From Tubiluchus corallicola (lineage: Eukaryota; Animalia; Priapulida): a stretch of 64,000 nucleotides of DNA. The DNA is taken from the NCBI GenBank assembly GCA_030141605.1, contig JAQGDQ010000101.1, positions 1 through 64,000 of the forward strand, read 5' to 3'. Both the position numbers and the translations under genes were made by a program. The notes under the pieces are model-generated. The model was given only the letters and a program-made list of their open reading frames with translations, ran no database searches and was not told where the DNA came from. This document shows positions 52,284 to 64,000 of this stretch, piece after piece (positions within the stretch are counted from its first letter, which is position 1; every line of letters begins with the position of its first letter).

Positions 52284-55200
52284 GTGAATAGCTGTTTGTT
52301 TCAGATATAACTATAGCTCCGAAAAAGTATGACAAAGGCTTTAAAAATATGACAAATGCTGCAATTGATACCAAGTTTTCCTTGTTCCAATTCTTCTTAC
52401 TTTTTCTTACCCCAATGTGATTTTCATACAGGCAATATTCCAATATTAATCAGAAAATGTTCATGTAATCTCACAACAATGTTCAAAACTGGCTCAAATA
52501 GAGTAGTACCTTTTTTCACCATATTCAGTCGTAACACCTTGTACTAAATCAATATTTTGTCTTCAATCGTTATCAATTGTCTTCAATTTTAGTAACATGT
52601 AAAACAGAGCAATTCGCCACATGCATCTAATTCTAAGAGAACACACAAGGATATAACAGTAATGACCGGCAAATCAAGGTCTGGTGCACCATAGATATCT
52701 GATCCTACTATTGCTAGCTTCACCATGATGCCAAGTTTGACTAGCTTGACATCAGCAGGTTTGGAGATGTAATGGGAATTGTACCAGCAGACTTTGACAC
52801 GATATGAAACGTAGGGTATCTTTTGTGGGGTCGGAATCATCTCAAGATCAAAAGTTCCATTGTTACTTGTTCTTCTAGACCTCGAAGGTCTGTGAGATAC
52901 ATTGCAAAACTTCGAGCACGTAGTGTAATTCTCCACCATATTTCCCACCAAGCCGTAAATGATTCTATAAATAAACCAGCCATTTTTTTGTTTCTCTCTG
53001 TTTTGTAACTCATTCAATTGCACTATTTCATTTTAAGTTATTCAGCCTCAAAACATTTCATTTGAAAAGCTTTGGTATACACGTGACTGTAGAACTGATA
53101 ACCACATGAAGATTTTTTTGGTCATGTGAAATTTTTCATTATTAACCATTCAGATTAAAGGTGCTGGGTTCGAATCCTATTGGACACACCAGTTTTCGCG
53201 CCTTCCGCCTTCATTTGTTGATTACATATAAAACCCTTCTAACCTGTCATAGTACAATACTAAAAAAACTATCATTTTCTTTGTTAATGATGCAATATCA
53301 TATAATTAATCGTTCTTTTGCTTAGCTTGCCAAATGATAAAGAAAAACGCGTTAGCTATTTTTGGACCACAGTCATTAGAGTCCAGAGCTCTGGTGAGAT
53401 CCATCTGCGATTCAATGGCAATACCTCATTTGGAAACTAGTTTGGACTATAATATTTTTCATGAAGGACTCTCTATTAATCTTCACCCGCCACTGGCAGA
53501 TTTGGGTAGAGCTTTTGCGGACCTCATTAGCCAGTTCGAGTGGAGAAGCATGACAGTTATCTACCAGAAAAATGAAGGTAGGAATTGTATTTAAAACCTA
53601 CTAAGGCAAAATGACATGAGTTGTACCTGCCCACCTGCGCATTAAAATGTATTGAAAGTTGAATCAGCTCTCCTGGTTGCTGAGAGAGAACATTCTAATG
53701 TTTCAATGTTTCAAAAGTCCCTCATTATTAATGAAAATCCGTGCAAGACGATTGTGCTTATTTTTGCGGTTGAAAACTAAATATGAATTCCTCGCTATTT
53801 CTAAAATTTTATTTATAAGAGTAATTAAATGGCAATTTGGTTGATCGGTCTACAATTCTTGAGAATTTTAGTAGAATCAAACTTGGCTTTAGCGCTTGAT
53901 TTATACATATATACCGAGATTTTTTTCTATGCAGTCGATTTTACACCTCTGCTTTAGAACAGCAGAAGAAAATGGCGCAAAACCTCAAATTACCCGCAGA
54001 CTGAAAAGATATTCAACTGACTACATAGCTTAAAACTTACAAAAAATTGAACATTATCGTAGGTCAACTTACTGTAAAGAAAATTGAAAATCAAATTATG
54101 GGAGACTTTTGAAACACCATTATAATTTAGTGCCCCCAGTGATGTTAGTGGTAATCTTGGAAAATAAATTTACAATCAGTTGGTACTGTCACTTTTATAG
54201 CAATCAATTTTAATAGGTCGAAATTTTAACGAAACTGAGATATCCAAATCTAACTGAAACACTTGCCCTTTGATGACTTAATTAGATTAGATTAATTATA
54301 CAAATGTGAGGCTCAAAAGGTGACGTATTAGGGAAACAAATGCGACTCATGTGGCAATGTTGATTTTAGGCTTAATCCGATTACAAGAAATTCTACACTC
54401 TGTGCCGGAGGAAATCAACAAAAACCTGCAGATTACAGTCAGACAACTGACGGGTGAAGACCATCGCCCATTGCTAAAAGAAATCAAGAAAAGTTTGGAG
54501 AAACACATCGTACTGGACGCTGACGCAGAGACATCTGCTGAAGTCTTGAAAAAAGTGGGTGTCAGAAATGAGAAAATCACTTGAGGCATCTAGAAAAACT
54601 ATTTTCCAATATTTAAATTATGGAACTGTATTTTTATCACAGTTTATTCTCTGCATATTTTAACTACTCCATTGTTCATGCATCACTGTTTTTAGCAAAA
54701 AAGAAAATTAGCAATAGACTCATTACTTCGAAATCTTTACTTTAAGGGTAATAAAATAACCACAACAGCCACTCAAAACATTGTGCAATAAAACAGCCAC
54801 AAAAACTGCTGAAAACATGTTTCCTCTATTGTGCAGTAGCACACTCCAGTAGAAATCAACTTGGACGCTTCAGCATTGTCTTCAATTTGCAGTGAAAGAC
54901 TTGAAAACAATGCTAAACCGCCCAAGTTGATTTCTAATCGATTGTGCTACTGTACAATAAAAGAAACATGTTTTCAGCAATTCTTGTGGCTGTTTTATTT
55001 TAAAAGCTGATTACTAAAATATTGCCTAACAGGTTTAACGTTATTTTATCTTGATTTATTTTACTCAAGCTTATCATAGCGCTTTTATGCATTATTCACT
55101 CGTTCAAACAAATATTAGACTTCGCCTTTTACAGGTTTATGGATGTCGTGCCTAAAGTAAATTCCCAATTTGTGACGCATCAACTTCAGTAATGCCACAT

Positions 55201-58200
55201 GTAATATTTATAACACATAAGCATCCCTGTATATTACTAGTTTATTAGGTTCACGACGTGTTAAAAAATATTTTAGGGTAATGAAAATATCCTTTGCCGG
55301 TTTTTGGTGTTTTCCTTTGGTGTTTTCTCTGACAGTTGGTAAAAAAGAAATTATCGTGCTCAAAATACGCACTAAATGAATGTATAAGAAGAACGTAAGA
55401 AAGGGTCATAAATAAGCACGTAAACACAAAAATATATCTATATACAGTAATAAAACTGTCGAAACAAAATACTAATAATAGTAACGTGCAGTTATAAAAT
55501 ATTTTATAATTTTAAAACAGTTTTATATATCTATCGTTTTCTTTATATTTACGAGTATATTCATACTTCCATTATGTTGAATGTCAATTTTAAAGGTATC
55601 TGTAAATACTTTAAAAATCAAAACTGTATTATGCAGTTGTAATGTATTTACAATTTTATTTTCCCTATTTGCGAACAACATTTATAATCCAGTTACGCTG
55701 AATCACAATTGAGTTAATCTATTTACAATTTCTTTGAAAATCAATACTATAGACGTATGACGTACGTACATATTAGTTTGTTTGCAGGCGCAAGAAATGG
55801 ATATGGTTACCATGGCTCACCATTACTTACTAACATCAATGGTAAGTCTGTACCATTATGAATTGTACATTTTGTATTGGCAACGCTGTATTGGCAGCAC
55901 TGAAAACTATGAGGTACTGGCGACACTGTAAAACTATTACCCTGCTATCTAAAGTGAATATACTCTTAGCAATATCTAAAATCATTCAGAATCATCGTTA
56001 CTCAAATTATGTGTTTCAGTTTTTAACGTTATCGTAGGACCATTCAGCCAACAAGAAACAATGCGCAGGCACAGTTGTTATATTTTTGGCTAGCCGAACA
56101 ACCGAGTGGATATCGAAACTCGGCATTAATAATGATCTAGGTGCTGGTCACGCCACAAACATTCACATTAATTAGACTTACCATTAGGTGTTACTAGATT
56201 CCGACTTGCAAGTGTGCCGAATTATGCAAAAACACTTCTCGCTTCTGCTTACATCTTAACAAAATTAAGCCTTACGAACAGACTGAAAAGCAGACTTTAT
56301 AATTCAGGATGTGTTGACAGTTGATCTAAGTGACAAGATACGTCGCAGCGGGGCAAATATTACATTTTTCACCATGGTACCGACGTTAGAGAACATCATA
56401 AAACCAGACAGTGCACTCAATCACGTCTTAGACTTCAGGACATTACACGAAATTCGGCAAGGTACTTCCGGTTTAGTGTCCGGAAATGGTATAAAGGTGA
56501 GCCGAAGATGTTCATTATGGCTAATTTATATGAGCTTATATTTTTTGGTGTCTCTGCAAACATTAATTGGGCTATTCAAAATGGTACCAGGTTCAACTCT
56601 CACAGGTCAGTTCCTTTTTTCTAATGGTCTGGAGAGCTTATAATTATTCTTCAACTTACCACCATTAATTCTTCTTAGGAATTTGAAATTACTTGTACTT
56701 GAACACAATCATATTTTCTATTCTCTAATACGCTCAGGTCTCAATTGTAATAAGCTAATCAGTTACCGTTTAGCCACTACCGCAAGCCAAAAGTCCAATA
56801 ATTAGAAAAACTTCCCTCTAGACAACCTAAATTTTGCTAAGATTTCTAAGCAAAACTCTGTTTTTTTACAAAACCCATGACTTCTGAACAGAATAAACAG
56901 AATAACTGTACAGCAGCAAAACTAGAGTTTTCGAACGACGTTGTGGTTTTCTAAGCAAAAGTTGGGACTTCTAAGCAAAAACGAAACTCGTGATTTCTGA
57001 GCAAAAACCTACGTTTCCTGGAACGAAACAAGTGTTTTGCTCAGAAAAACTGTGTTTCCAATTACTGAACATTTGGCTTGCCCCAACCGTCATACTGACG
57101 CAAAACACAACGAGCTTGTGTGACAAACTCAACCAGCCAAAAATTTTCGTTTGATTTATTTCCGATGTAATTTGTTTCGTTTAGCTATTCAAAAACATTC
57201 CTTTCCCAAATCGCTTCAGTCCCAGTAAGCATCCCATCGCTCAAGATCGAGTTTTTGCATAATCCAACGGAAACGATGCCACGGCTACTAAAAGACAATA
57301 ATTCGCATTTACTGCCGGCGCAAGAACGATTTGCTTCTACATCTCAACCGCTCTAGGAAGCCATGGCACAGATTCATCCAAGAACATTCTACGTCCCTTA
57401 AGCAATGTAATTATTCCCGAGTGTAGCGTATATTGCTTATTATATAGCGTACAGAACTGCTAATATTCTGCACTAGTGTGGTGAAACAACCTTGCTAACG
57501 TTGCCAACTCGGCAGAAATAACAAGCTTACACAAATACAAATGCTATTAAATCTATTTTTCCTATTCTATTCTGTTATATTCTATTCGGTTCTGTCTGTT
57601 CTGCTCTGCTGTGTTCTGCTCTGCTCTGCTCTACCCTGCCCTCTCTTGCCTTCTGTTGTCCTGTCTTGTTCTGTTCTATTCTGTTCTGTTCTACATGCCA
57701 ACAAAATCTCCGGATTAAAGGAAAACCGAACCGAATTTTAAATTATAGCTCAAACAGTCTGCCTTATAACATATTGAAAGGGAATATTAGACGAGCATTA
57801 GCACCAACACCTTGGAAATGCATTGCACAAAAAGCAAGTGTTGTACCTCTAAGTTTAGAGATATTCAATTTTGACGCAGTACACACGTTCGACAGCTGAA
57901 ATTTGAAACTTGAAATTTGAATTTTAAACTTAAAATTTGCTGAGTTTTGTGCTCATTGAATGTTTGTGCCGATGAAAATTATATTCATTTGTGATGTCAT
58001 CATCCTAATTGGGCTCATTCACCATTAATTAAGTTTTTGACCTAATATTTAATTATCAGAAACGCTTTGACATTATTATATACTGTTAACCGTTCTTCAA
58101 AATGGTGTAGGATATAAAAAGTGAACCTGTTTTACTTTAAAACTTTAAAAAATTGATGATTTTTGGAAGAACGTCGAGCAGGAAATATTTGCGTAGAGTT

Positions 58201-60158
58201 GACTTCTATCGTGCTAAACGGACGAAAGGCATTCAACATCTTTCCCTCGTGCAGCCTGTGTGATTTCAATATATCCCAAGAGTTATAAGAAAAATAGGCT
58301 ACATTCTGTGAACCAATTTTGCCACTGTTAACTTTATATTTCTTCTTACGAAGTAATTTATTCTTTTATTCCTGTTCTTAATATGAAAAATATATGCTAT
58401 TTATGCTAGCATTTTCTAGTGAAACTAACTATGTAATGAGTACCGTAATGAGAATTACTGCAATTATTAGTGATGACGAAACTATTTCATCATAATAATT
58501 ATCATCATAATCATCAACCAGTATCATCGTCATCAACAGCATCAACAGCAGCAGTAGCTATAGTAGTTCCTATAGTAGCTATAGGATATTACATAATAAC
58601 TAATTATGAATAATATATATAACTAGAGCAATTAATTACTCTCGATAACTAGTGATAAATATAAACTCCATATTATTTTCAGCTGGAAACGGCGTTGATC
58701 TATGATGGAATTCTGCTTCTGAGTCAGGCGTTAAAGAAGTATTTCCTTCACGTTGATCTGTATGATCTACAACTTCAATACGTCAATTGTGAGTCAGGCG
58801 GCTCCTGGGAACATGGTAGCAATTTGATAAATTATTTTAAAAAGGTAACAGCAAAACACACTTCTTACTGTAAATAACTGTATTAAAATAAATTAATGTT
58901 GGTTGCGTTAGTGCATTTAGATTAGACACAGATATTCGTCAAACAAATCCCTTGTAACATAAACCAGCAGTAGTTAATTGTAAATCAATAAGGCTCTTTA
59001 TTATTAGAGAGGCATTCTAGCAAAAGTACTAATCTTGTACGATTTTTGTTTTTCTTGTTCCAAACTACAAAAGAATGTTCAGAAATACAATGACGGAAAT
59101 TAAATAGTGTAATCTTAATTACAATAATGGCAAAAAACTGGTTGCGCTGGCGTTTCTTGCTAGTTTCGACCCTGGACAAACTTCATGTACTTGTGAGGAA
59201 TAAATTCTCCTCAGGAAAGTAGGCGCAGCAGATCGTTCAATTGTTAGTGTTAATGCTGTCTATTAAATTGGCGACATTGAATGAATGTTGTCTTTAATTC
59301 TCTTTTCTGGCAAATTATCAGCAATATTACCCCTGACTTAACAAATAGCTTTATGCCTAAGTATCTAAAGATTCCTAAAATATCGAAAGAAAAAGAAAAG
59401 TGGAATTTTAAATTATGTCTTAAAAACCTTCCATACAATACTTTTCGTTTTGCTTACCTGTTTAAAAGACATATGTAACTGAAAAAGAAAATCTTTAATA
59501 ATTTAAAACGATTGCGCCAGCTAATAAAATGTCACTGTTTCACTATCCCTGTGTGCAAGAAAAACGTCGCTGGTTCACCTTAAAACATTATTAATCTTTT
59601 TAACAAGTTATAGACAAGATATTATACTTTTGCTTAGTTACTGAAGTGTGCTACGAAAGCTCTGATTATTTTTCAAACTTTACGCAATGTCATCGTTTCT
59701 TGTCTCAAACGATTTACTGTTAAAATGATTGGGTTTATATACAACGATCATCACGGGAGTTTAGATTTACACGTTTTCTATGGCGTTACTGCTAATACAG
59801 TCCATAATAAAGAGCAGGTGTGTGATACAAAATTTAGCTCATGTAGGAAAGTGGGAAGGAATTTACAATTCCCCACACAATTAAAACACCCTAACCCTAA
59901 CCCTAACGTTAATCCTAATCCGCTTCACGACTAATTTCTTGTGCGCGGGGAATTGTAAACTTTAGTCGAATAGCGTTTTCTTGTGCTTTAAGATTTACCC
60001 ACTTACTCAACAATGGCGAAGTCGAGATTAGGCAAGATAGTGATCAGCGAGTGTCCAGTGTTCATGCGCTATTCAAACACCTCAGTACATCAGAGTAAAG
60101 AACTGCCTATAGAAAACTTTTGAAAATCATAAGAACTTAATATTAAAATTCAACAATT

Positions 60159-60195
<37 letters not shown>

Positions 60196-61289
60196 GCTAT
60201 ACAAGTACATGATAAAGTACATAATAATAAAAATTTATTATAAAAACAATGAACATTGTTCACAGAGAGGAAAAACGAGAATAGTTTTACTTGTAATTGT
60301 ATATGTATTATAACTTAATGTTACGGTCATTACACATGCTTTTATTATAATAAAGAAATGCATTCAAATAAACTAATTCTAACCTTTTGTTAAACAATTA
60401 GACCTATAATCCTGACGTACAGTGTTTGAAAGTGCCAGCAGTCTATTGCACCTGCCCCAGTATTCAAGTCAGAAAACCTCAAAAGACTCAATAAAAACAA
60501 GTGATTTGCCATAAGAATGAACTGTTCATAAAGGAAATTAAACAAGATATTAGACAGTAATAATTCATCCACTGCGTTTTTGTGCAATTTTGGACAATTC
60601 AATTATTGCGAAGCTTGTCTAGTCAGCTAGTTCTTCAAGACAAGAAGTTGATGGATATGGTTGTTTGCAATCCTTATTACTTTATGTTTTATTGTTTATT
60701 TTTATCAATACTCGGTTGTAATTTAGTTTATGTATGTCTGTCTGTCTATCAATAGCATAGATATTGTTGCAATAATATTTTGACTTTAAGGGGAAAATAA
60801 TTTTTGTCACGCCTTTTCGTATATTGAAGTCGTTTCAGTTTTTGCAGTGGTGCTACAATACTTATTTGTTTTGTTTTTAACAGTCAATTGCTACGACTGT
60901 AGGTGATACATATTTTTATTTTTCGGGTTATTGAAGTTAATCACTTTAAGATTTTTGGCAGCGCTTTCAAGTGATGTTAGTAGACGTGCTTAAAAGTTTC
61001 AGATAATCCGTTTTCAATTAGTTTGGTAGTGCTATATTGCGATCAAAGGACGTCAATTAATTCAACGATTTCGTTAATCATTTTACATTTCGAGCTTTCA
61101 TTTTCAACAAGTTGCCATGTTTTCACTTCTTGAATAATATGGACTCTATTGCCAAGCATTTAATCAACGTTTTTTTTTGCCTAGGTACAACTAGAGGGAA
61201 TCACTGGTCCCATAATGTTCAAAGAAAGAGGGAAGCGCTGTAATTACACCCTGAACGTGATGGAGTTTGGAAGGGGAGGACGAGAGGAG
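52137..61289 (+). CDS. Kainate-type ionotropic glutamate receptor, partial gene (amino-terminal LIVBP-like domain only; first exon unresolved, remainder beyond window)
   Basis: Exons 52137-52283, 53326-53577, 54370-54554, 55788-55841, 56308-56496, 58683-58844, 61185-61289 splice in frame with GT-AG (1094 nt). Motifs GGLFD, DSFEAQRKTC, AIFGPQS, SICDSMAIPHLET, SINLHP, EGLIRLQEIL, ETALIYDG, WEHGSNLINYFKKV, EGITGPIMF are typical of GRIK/KaiR amino-terminal domains. Confidence 0.9.
52715..53030 (-). mobile_element. Degenerate LINE (CR1/L2-like) ORF2 C-terminal fragment
   Basis: LNELQNREKQKNGWFIYRIIYGLV...PSRSRRT...SYRVKVCWYNS resembles the LxxRRxxxxLxxxYKIxxGL...FxxRxxxxWNxL tail of non-LTR reverse transcriptases. 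Confidence 0.5.
53326..53577 (+). CDS. iGluR ATD exon (CQMIKKNALAIFGPQS...IYQKNE)
   Basis: cttag acceptor, G|GTAGG donor; overlaps ORF 53334-53594. Confidence 0.92.
54370..54554 (+). CDS. iGluR ATD exon (GLIRLQEIL...AEVLKK)
   Basis: ttttag acceptor, GTGGGT donor; contains HRPLLKEIKKS...HIVLD. Confidence 0.92.
54787..54999. repeat. Long imperfect palindrome (about 98-bp arms, 15-nt loop) in an iGluR intron
   Basis: 54787-54885 matches the reverse complement of 54901-54999 with scattered mismatches. Confidence 0.9.
55788..55841 (+). CDS. iGluR ATD 54-nt exon (AQEMDMVTMAHHYLLTSM)
   Basis: tttgcag acceptor, GTAAGT donor; matches the AQxxGMxTxYHxYxxTxL pattern of kainate receptors. Confidence 0.88.
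56308..56496 (+). CDS. iGluR ATD exon (DVLTVDLSDKIRRSGANITFF...GIK)
   Basis: ttcag acceptor, AAG|GTGAG donor, phase 0-0. Confidence 0.85.
56830..57060. repeat. Degenerate array of about 21-bp units (GCAAAACnnGTGnTTTCTnA); related array at 8100-8212
   Basis: Recurring TTCTAAGCAAAA/TTCTGAGCAAAA units. Confidence 0.6.
57558..57692. repeat. Degenerate (TTCTR)n pentanucleotide repeat
   Basis: Read directly. Confidence 0.85.
58683..58844 (+). CDS. iGluR ATD exon (LETALIYDG...WEHGSNLINYFKK)
   Basis: ttttcag acceptor, AAG|GTAAC donor. Confidence 0.92.
59860..59962. mobile_element. Small MITE containing (CCCTAA)n
   Basis: TTTACAATTCCCCACACAA / TTGTGCGCGGGGAATTGTAAA inverted ends around CCCTAACCCTAACCCTAAC. 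Confidence 0.65.
61185..61289 (+). CDS. iGluR ATD exon (VQLEGITGPIMFKERGKRCNYTLNVMEFGRGGREE)
   Basis: Polypyrimidine-ctag acceptor, GAG|GTGAG donor; matches the GLTGxIxFxxxGxRxxFxLxxxE pattern at the end of the ATD. Confidence 0.9.
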
Positions 61290-62170
61290 GTGAGCTAAAA
61301 TGTTTACAACATCATCAAATGCTTATTATAACTGAAAGTGTACAAATATTTTATCATACTGTAATTATTAATTTTAATGCTTCCTACGCATATAAAATTG
61401 CATATTTACTTAGTCTCCAATGTTTTTGTGGTTTACCGTGTATGGGATAAAACGACATGTCTTTAGTGTGATTCTCTGTGAGTCTCTGTGCACTTTATTT
61501 TTGTGACTTCACTTTTACTAACACTTGGACCGTAATGGGAATAACATGTATGTATCATGTTTTTTTATGCATCCATTCTATTTTATGCCCTGCAGCTGCA
61601 ATCCATTCACAAATTAATCCCGGCTAATTTTTAAAAATAGCTCTCTTTTATATTCGTTTTATATTAAATATATTCGCTGCATATTATATATTCGCTTTAT
61701 CAAAACTTTTGTAATATGTACTAGTTAGTGGTTGGACTATCAACAAGAAAACCGTATGTGGGGGTACTTAAATATATCGGAGACACCACTGCAAGTTCAG
61801 TGTCTCGCGTTAGAAAATCGCTTGCAATAATTAACGAGATTACGGTCCTGCCACAACTAACTGTTTAAACTCTATGTTATGAGTTGGAGTTGACCACAAA
61901 ATCACGTAAACAGAAACGCATTTGCCACATTACTCCTTAGTTTATTATCAGTGAACAAAAAACTAACAAAACAAAAACGCCAGAGCTGCCATCCCGAGCA
62001 GCCGACATCAGTTCCACCTCTATAACAACTAATAAACTATGTCAAAGTCAAGTTACAGAATTCAGGTGTGAGAAGCCAAAATGGCGCACAAATAGAATCA
62101 GCAAGCGGGTCACAACACCTATCACCGAGTGCTTATATTGGGTTGCCACAGTGCTAACTTGTACAACGCA

Positions 62171-62445
<275 letters not shown>

Positions 62446-62607
62446 ATATCCGTTCCTTTCTCCCTTTCATTCTTTCTCACTCCTTGTCTCTCTTTTCCTC
62501 TTACTGGCTCTCTAGTTTCCCCTTTCTTTTCCTTCTGTTTCTTTTCTCTTTTTCCCATTTTCCCTTTTGACTTGAAGACCCATTCCATAAGAAACGAGAA
62601 ATATTCC

Positions 62608-64000
62608 TTAACTTTGCTGATACAATAGTCTTCTACGTCTGCAGCATTTGGTGCGGAAAAGTTCACAGAAAAGAATCAAGAATGCAATGCCCAAGCCGAA
62701 GAACGCCACCCAAAAGACACTCCGTAGATGGTCTAAATTTATTGACGTCGCACTTACTATTTGGGTTGGTGTCTTCAAGCACCGTTCCGATAGTTGTAGG
62801 ACATCATCTAACAACAACTGCACCATTCCAGTTTGTAACAATGATGCTAGACCATAGTTTAGCGGCTCGGTGTATACACTATTTTTAGGAACTGCTAGAG
62901 CTAATGTCTGCGCATGCGCTTCAGTAATAGGTGCAAAAGAAAATCTGCATTTTTCGTGTGACTTGTAATCCAGTACAACATCCATCTTTGCAAAAATGTC
63001 GCCTATGAAGAAGGTGTACATTCCTGTTAATGTCAACTCTAAACCTTGTTCGTGGTGGGAAACACGTATCGGTCCTTCCTTCTTCATTTTTGTCCACAAC
63101 TCTCCATACGCAGAATTAGGCGCACTGTTTTCCAACATGGTGGCAGAAGAAAACCTGCCATGAATAACAGTTTTTATGTCGCTGTCTATTAACTCTTCTA
63201 ATGTAGTGAATGGATAGCTTTGTTTGCTAACAAACAATTTGCTGAGCAGCATTCCTGTGTACATGGCTGTGATGATGATAGAAAAGATCCACCACCATCC
63301 AATCATCATCCTTGCCGAAATGGAACAAGGCAGATAGTTTCCACCTTTCTGTAAAAACGTTGACAATGTATACTGTGTAAAATATACGATACGTTGCTTG
63401 CTATATTCAAATTGGCCTTCCTTGTTTTTATGTAAGATAGCTTTTCCTTTCCGGTCAATAACGTAGAGTGCAAAAGAAACTGTTAGACTATAAAACAAGA
63501 GAAGAACCCAGACTCTTGTGGTAAACGGTTTCGTTATGTTGAAATCCTCATACTGGTGGTGAGGTGTGATAAAAACCCTTGAGACATCAGCAATGGAAAG
63601 CAAGAAAGTCATGTCATGCATTCTTTCCGTGTTTTGTACCAGCAATCCAAAGACGTCAAAATTCCCGCTTTTAGCTGTCACCTCTGCTCGCTGTGTAGCT
63701 GATACGTAATCTACGGTGTAACTAAAATTCAAAGTTTCGCCAAGCATGGTGAACAAGTTCAGTGTAAACGGTACCAAGTTATCTCTTTTCCAAAGACCTA
63801 ACCTGAGCTCTTTTCCACTAAGTGAATTGATTCCATGTATATTATAAATATTGTGGGTCAGATTTAAACTGGTCACTGACTGGTTATTATAACCTCCATC
63901 ATACTTTGCAACGGGTCTGTTGATAGTTTCAGTATTCATGCACATTCTACTTGTACTGTCAGCTGAAACGGCCACATTAATCGCAAACGTAATACATGAA
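62608..64000 (-). CDS. Divergent Ionotropic Receptor (IR, variant iGluR), intronless in the window, no ATD; start codon beyond the window edge
   Basis: S1 (TERMHDMTF), M1 (KPFTTRVWVLL), pore (LSTFLQKGG), M3 (SARMMIGWWWIFSIIITAMYTGMLLSKL), S2 (PFTTLEEL...YTFFIGD...LALAVPKNS...LLQTG), M4 (INLDHLRSVFWVAFFGLGIAFLILFCE). The frame stays open upstream of the GTG at 63975 to the window end (SCITFAINVAVSA-D), resembling the end of a signal peptide. Confidence 0.9.
   Translation of the reverse strand, partial: SCITFAINVAVSADSTSRMCMNTETINRPVAKYDGGYNNQSVTSLNLTHNIYNIHGINSLSGKELRLGLWKRDNLVPFTLNLFTMLGETLNFSYTVDYVSATQRAEVTAKSGNFDVFGLLVQNTERMHDMTFLLSIADVSRVFITPHHQYEDFNITKPFTTRVWVLLLFYSLTVSFALYVIDRKGKAILHKNKEGQFEYSKQRIVYFTQYTLSTFLQKGGNYLPCSISARMMIGWWWIFSIIITAMYTGMLLSKLFVSKQSYPFTTLEELIDSDIKTVIHGRFSSATMLENSAPNSAYGELWTKMKKEGPIRVSHHEQGLELTLTGMYTFFIGDIFAKMDVVLDYKSHEKCRFSFAPITEAHAQTLALAVPKNSVYTEPLNYGLASLLQTGMVQLLLDDVLQLSERCLKTPTQIVSATSINLDHLRSVFWVAFFGLGIAFLILFCELFRTKCCRRRRLLYQQS

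Noticed and set aside
59888-59920. Telomere or interstitial telomeric site
   Set aside because: Only about three perfect CCCTAA units, enclosed by MITE inverted repeats.
63973-63975. GTG start assigned to the IR by the ORF track
   Set aside because: The frame is open to the window edge and reads as part of a signal peptide; the real ATG is probably just outside.

Overview
AT-rich, intron-containing animal genomic DNA from a protostome invertebrate, most likely an arthropod or other ecdysozoan (inferred from gene content). Four protein-coding loci are supported. (1) An invertebrate-type D1-like dopamine receptor (Dop1R2/INDR) with a single coding exon, on the minus strand at 8349-9719. (2) A 7-exon chitin deacetylase on the minus strand at 39292-49930, assembled by hand to 727 aa: signal peptide, ChtBD2 domain, long S/T/P-rich linker, catalytic domain. 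(3) Head-to-head with it, seven plus-strand exons (52137-61289) encoding the amino-terminal domain of a kainate-type glutamate receptor, whose remainder must lie beyond the window. (4) An intronless divergent Ionotropic Receptor (IR) on the minus strand at 62608 to >64000, apparently nested antisense in an intron of that glutamate receptor gene. The rest is non-coding and rich in mobile DNA: hAT, Mutator-like, Kolobok-like and Harbinger-like non-autonomous elements, a solo LTR with a perfect 5-bp TSD, tRNA-derived repeats, Penelope-like inverted repeats with hammerhead ribozyme cores, LINE fragments and long microsatellites. Most short ORFs in the supplied track are spurious. No database searches were run; family calls rest on motif recognition.
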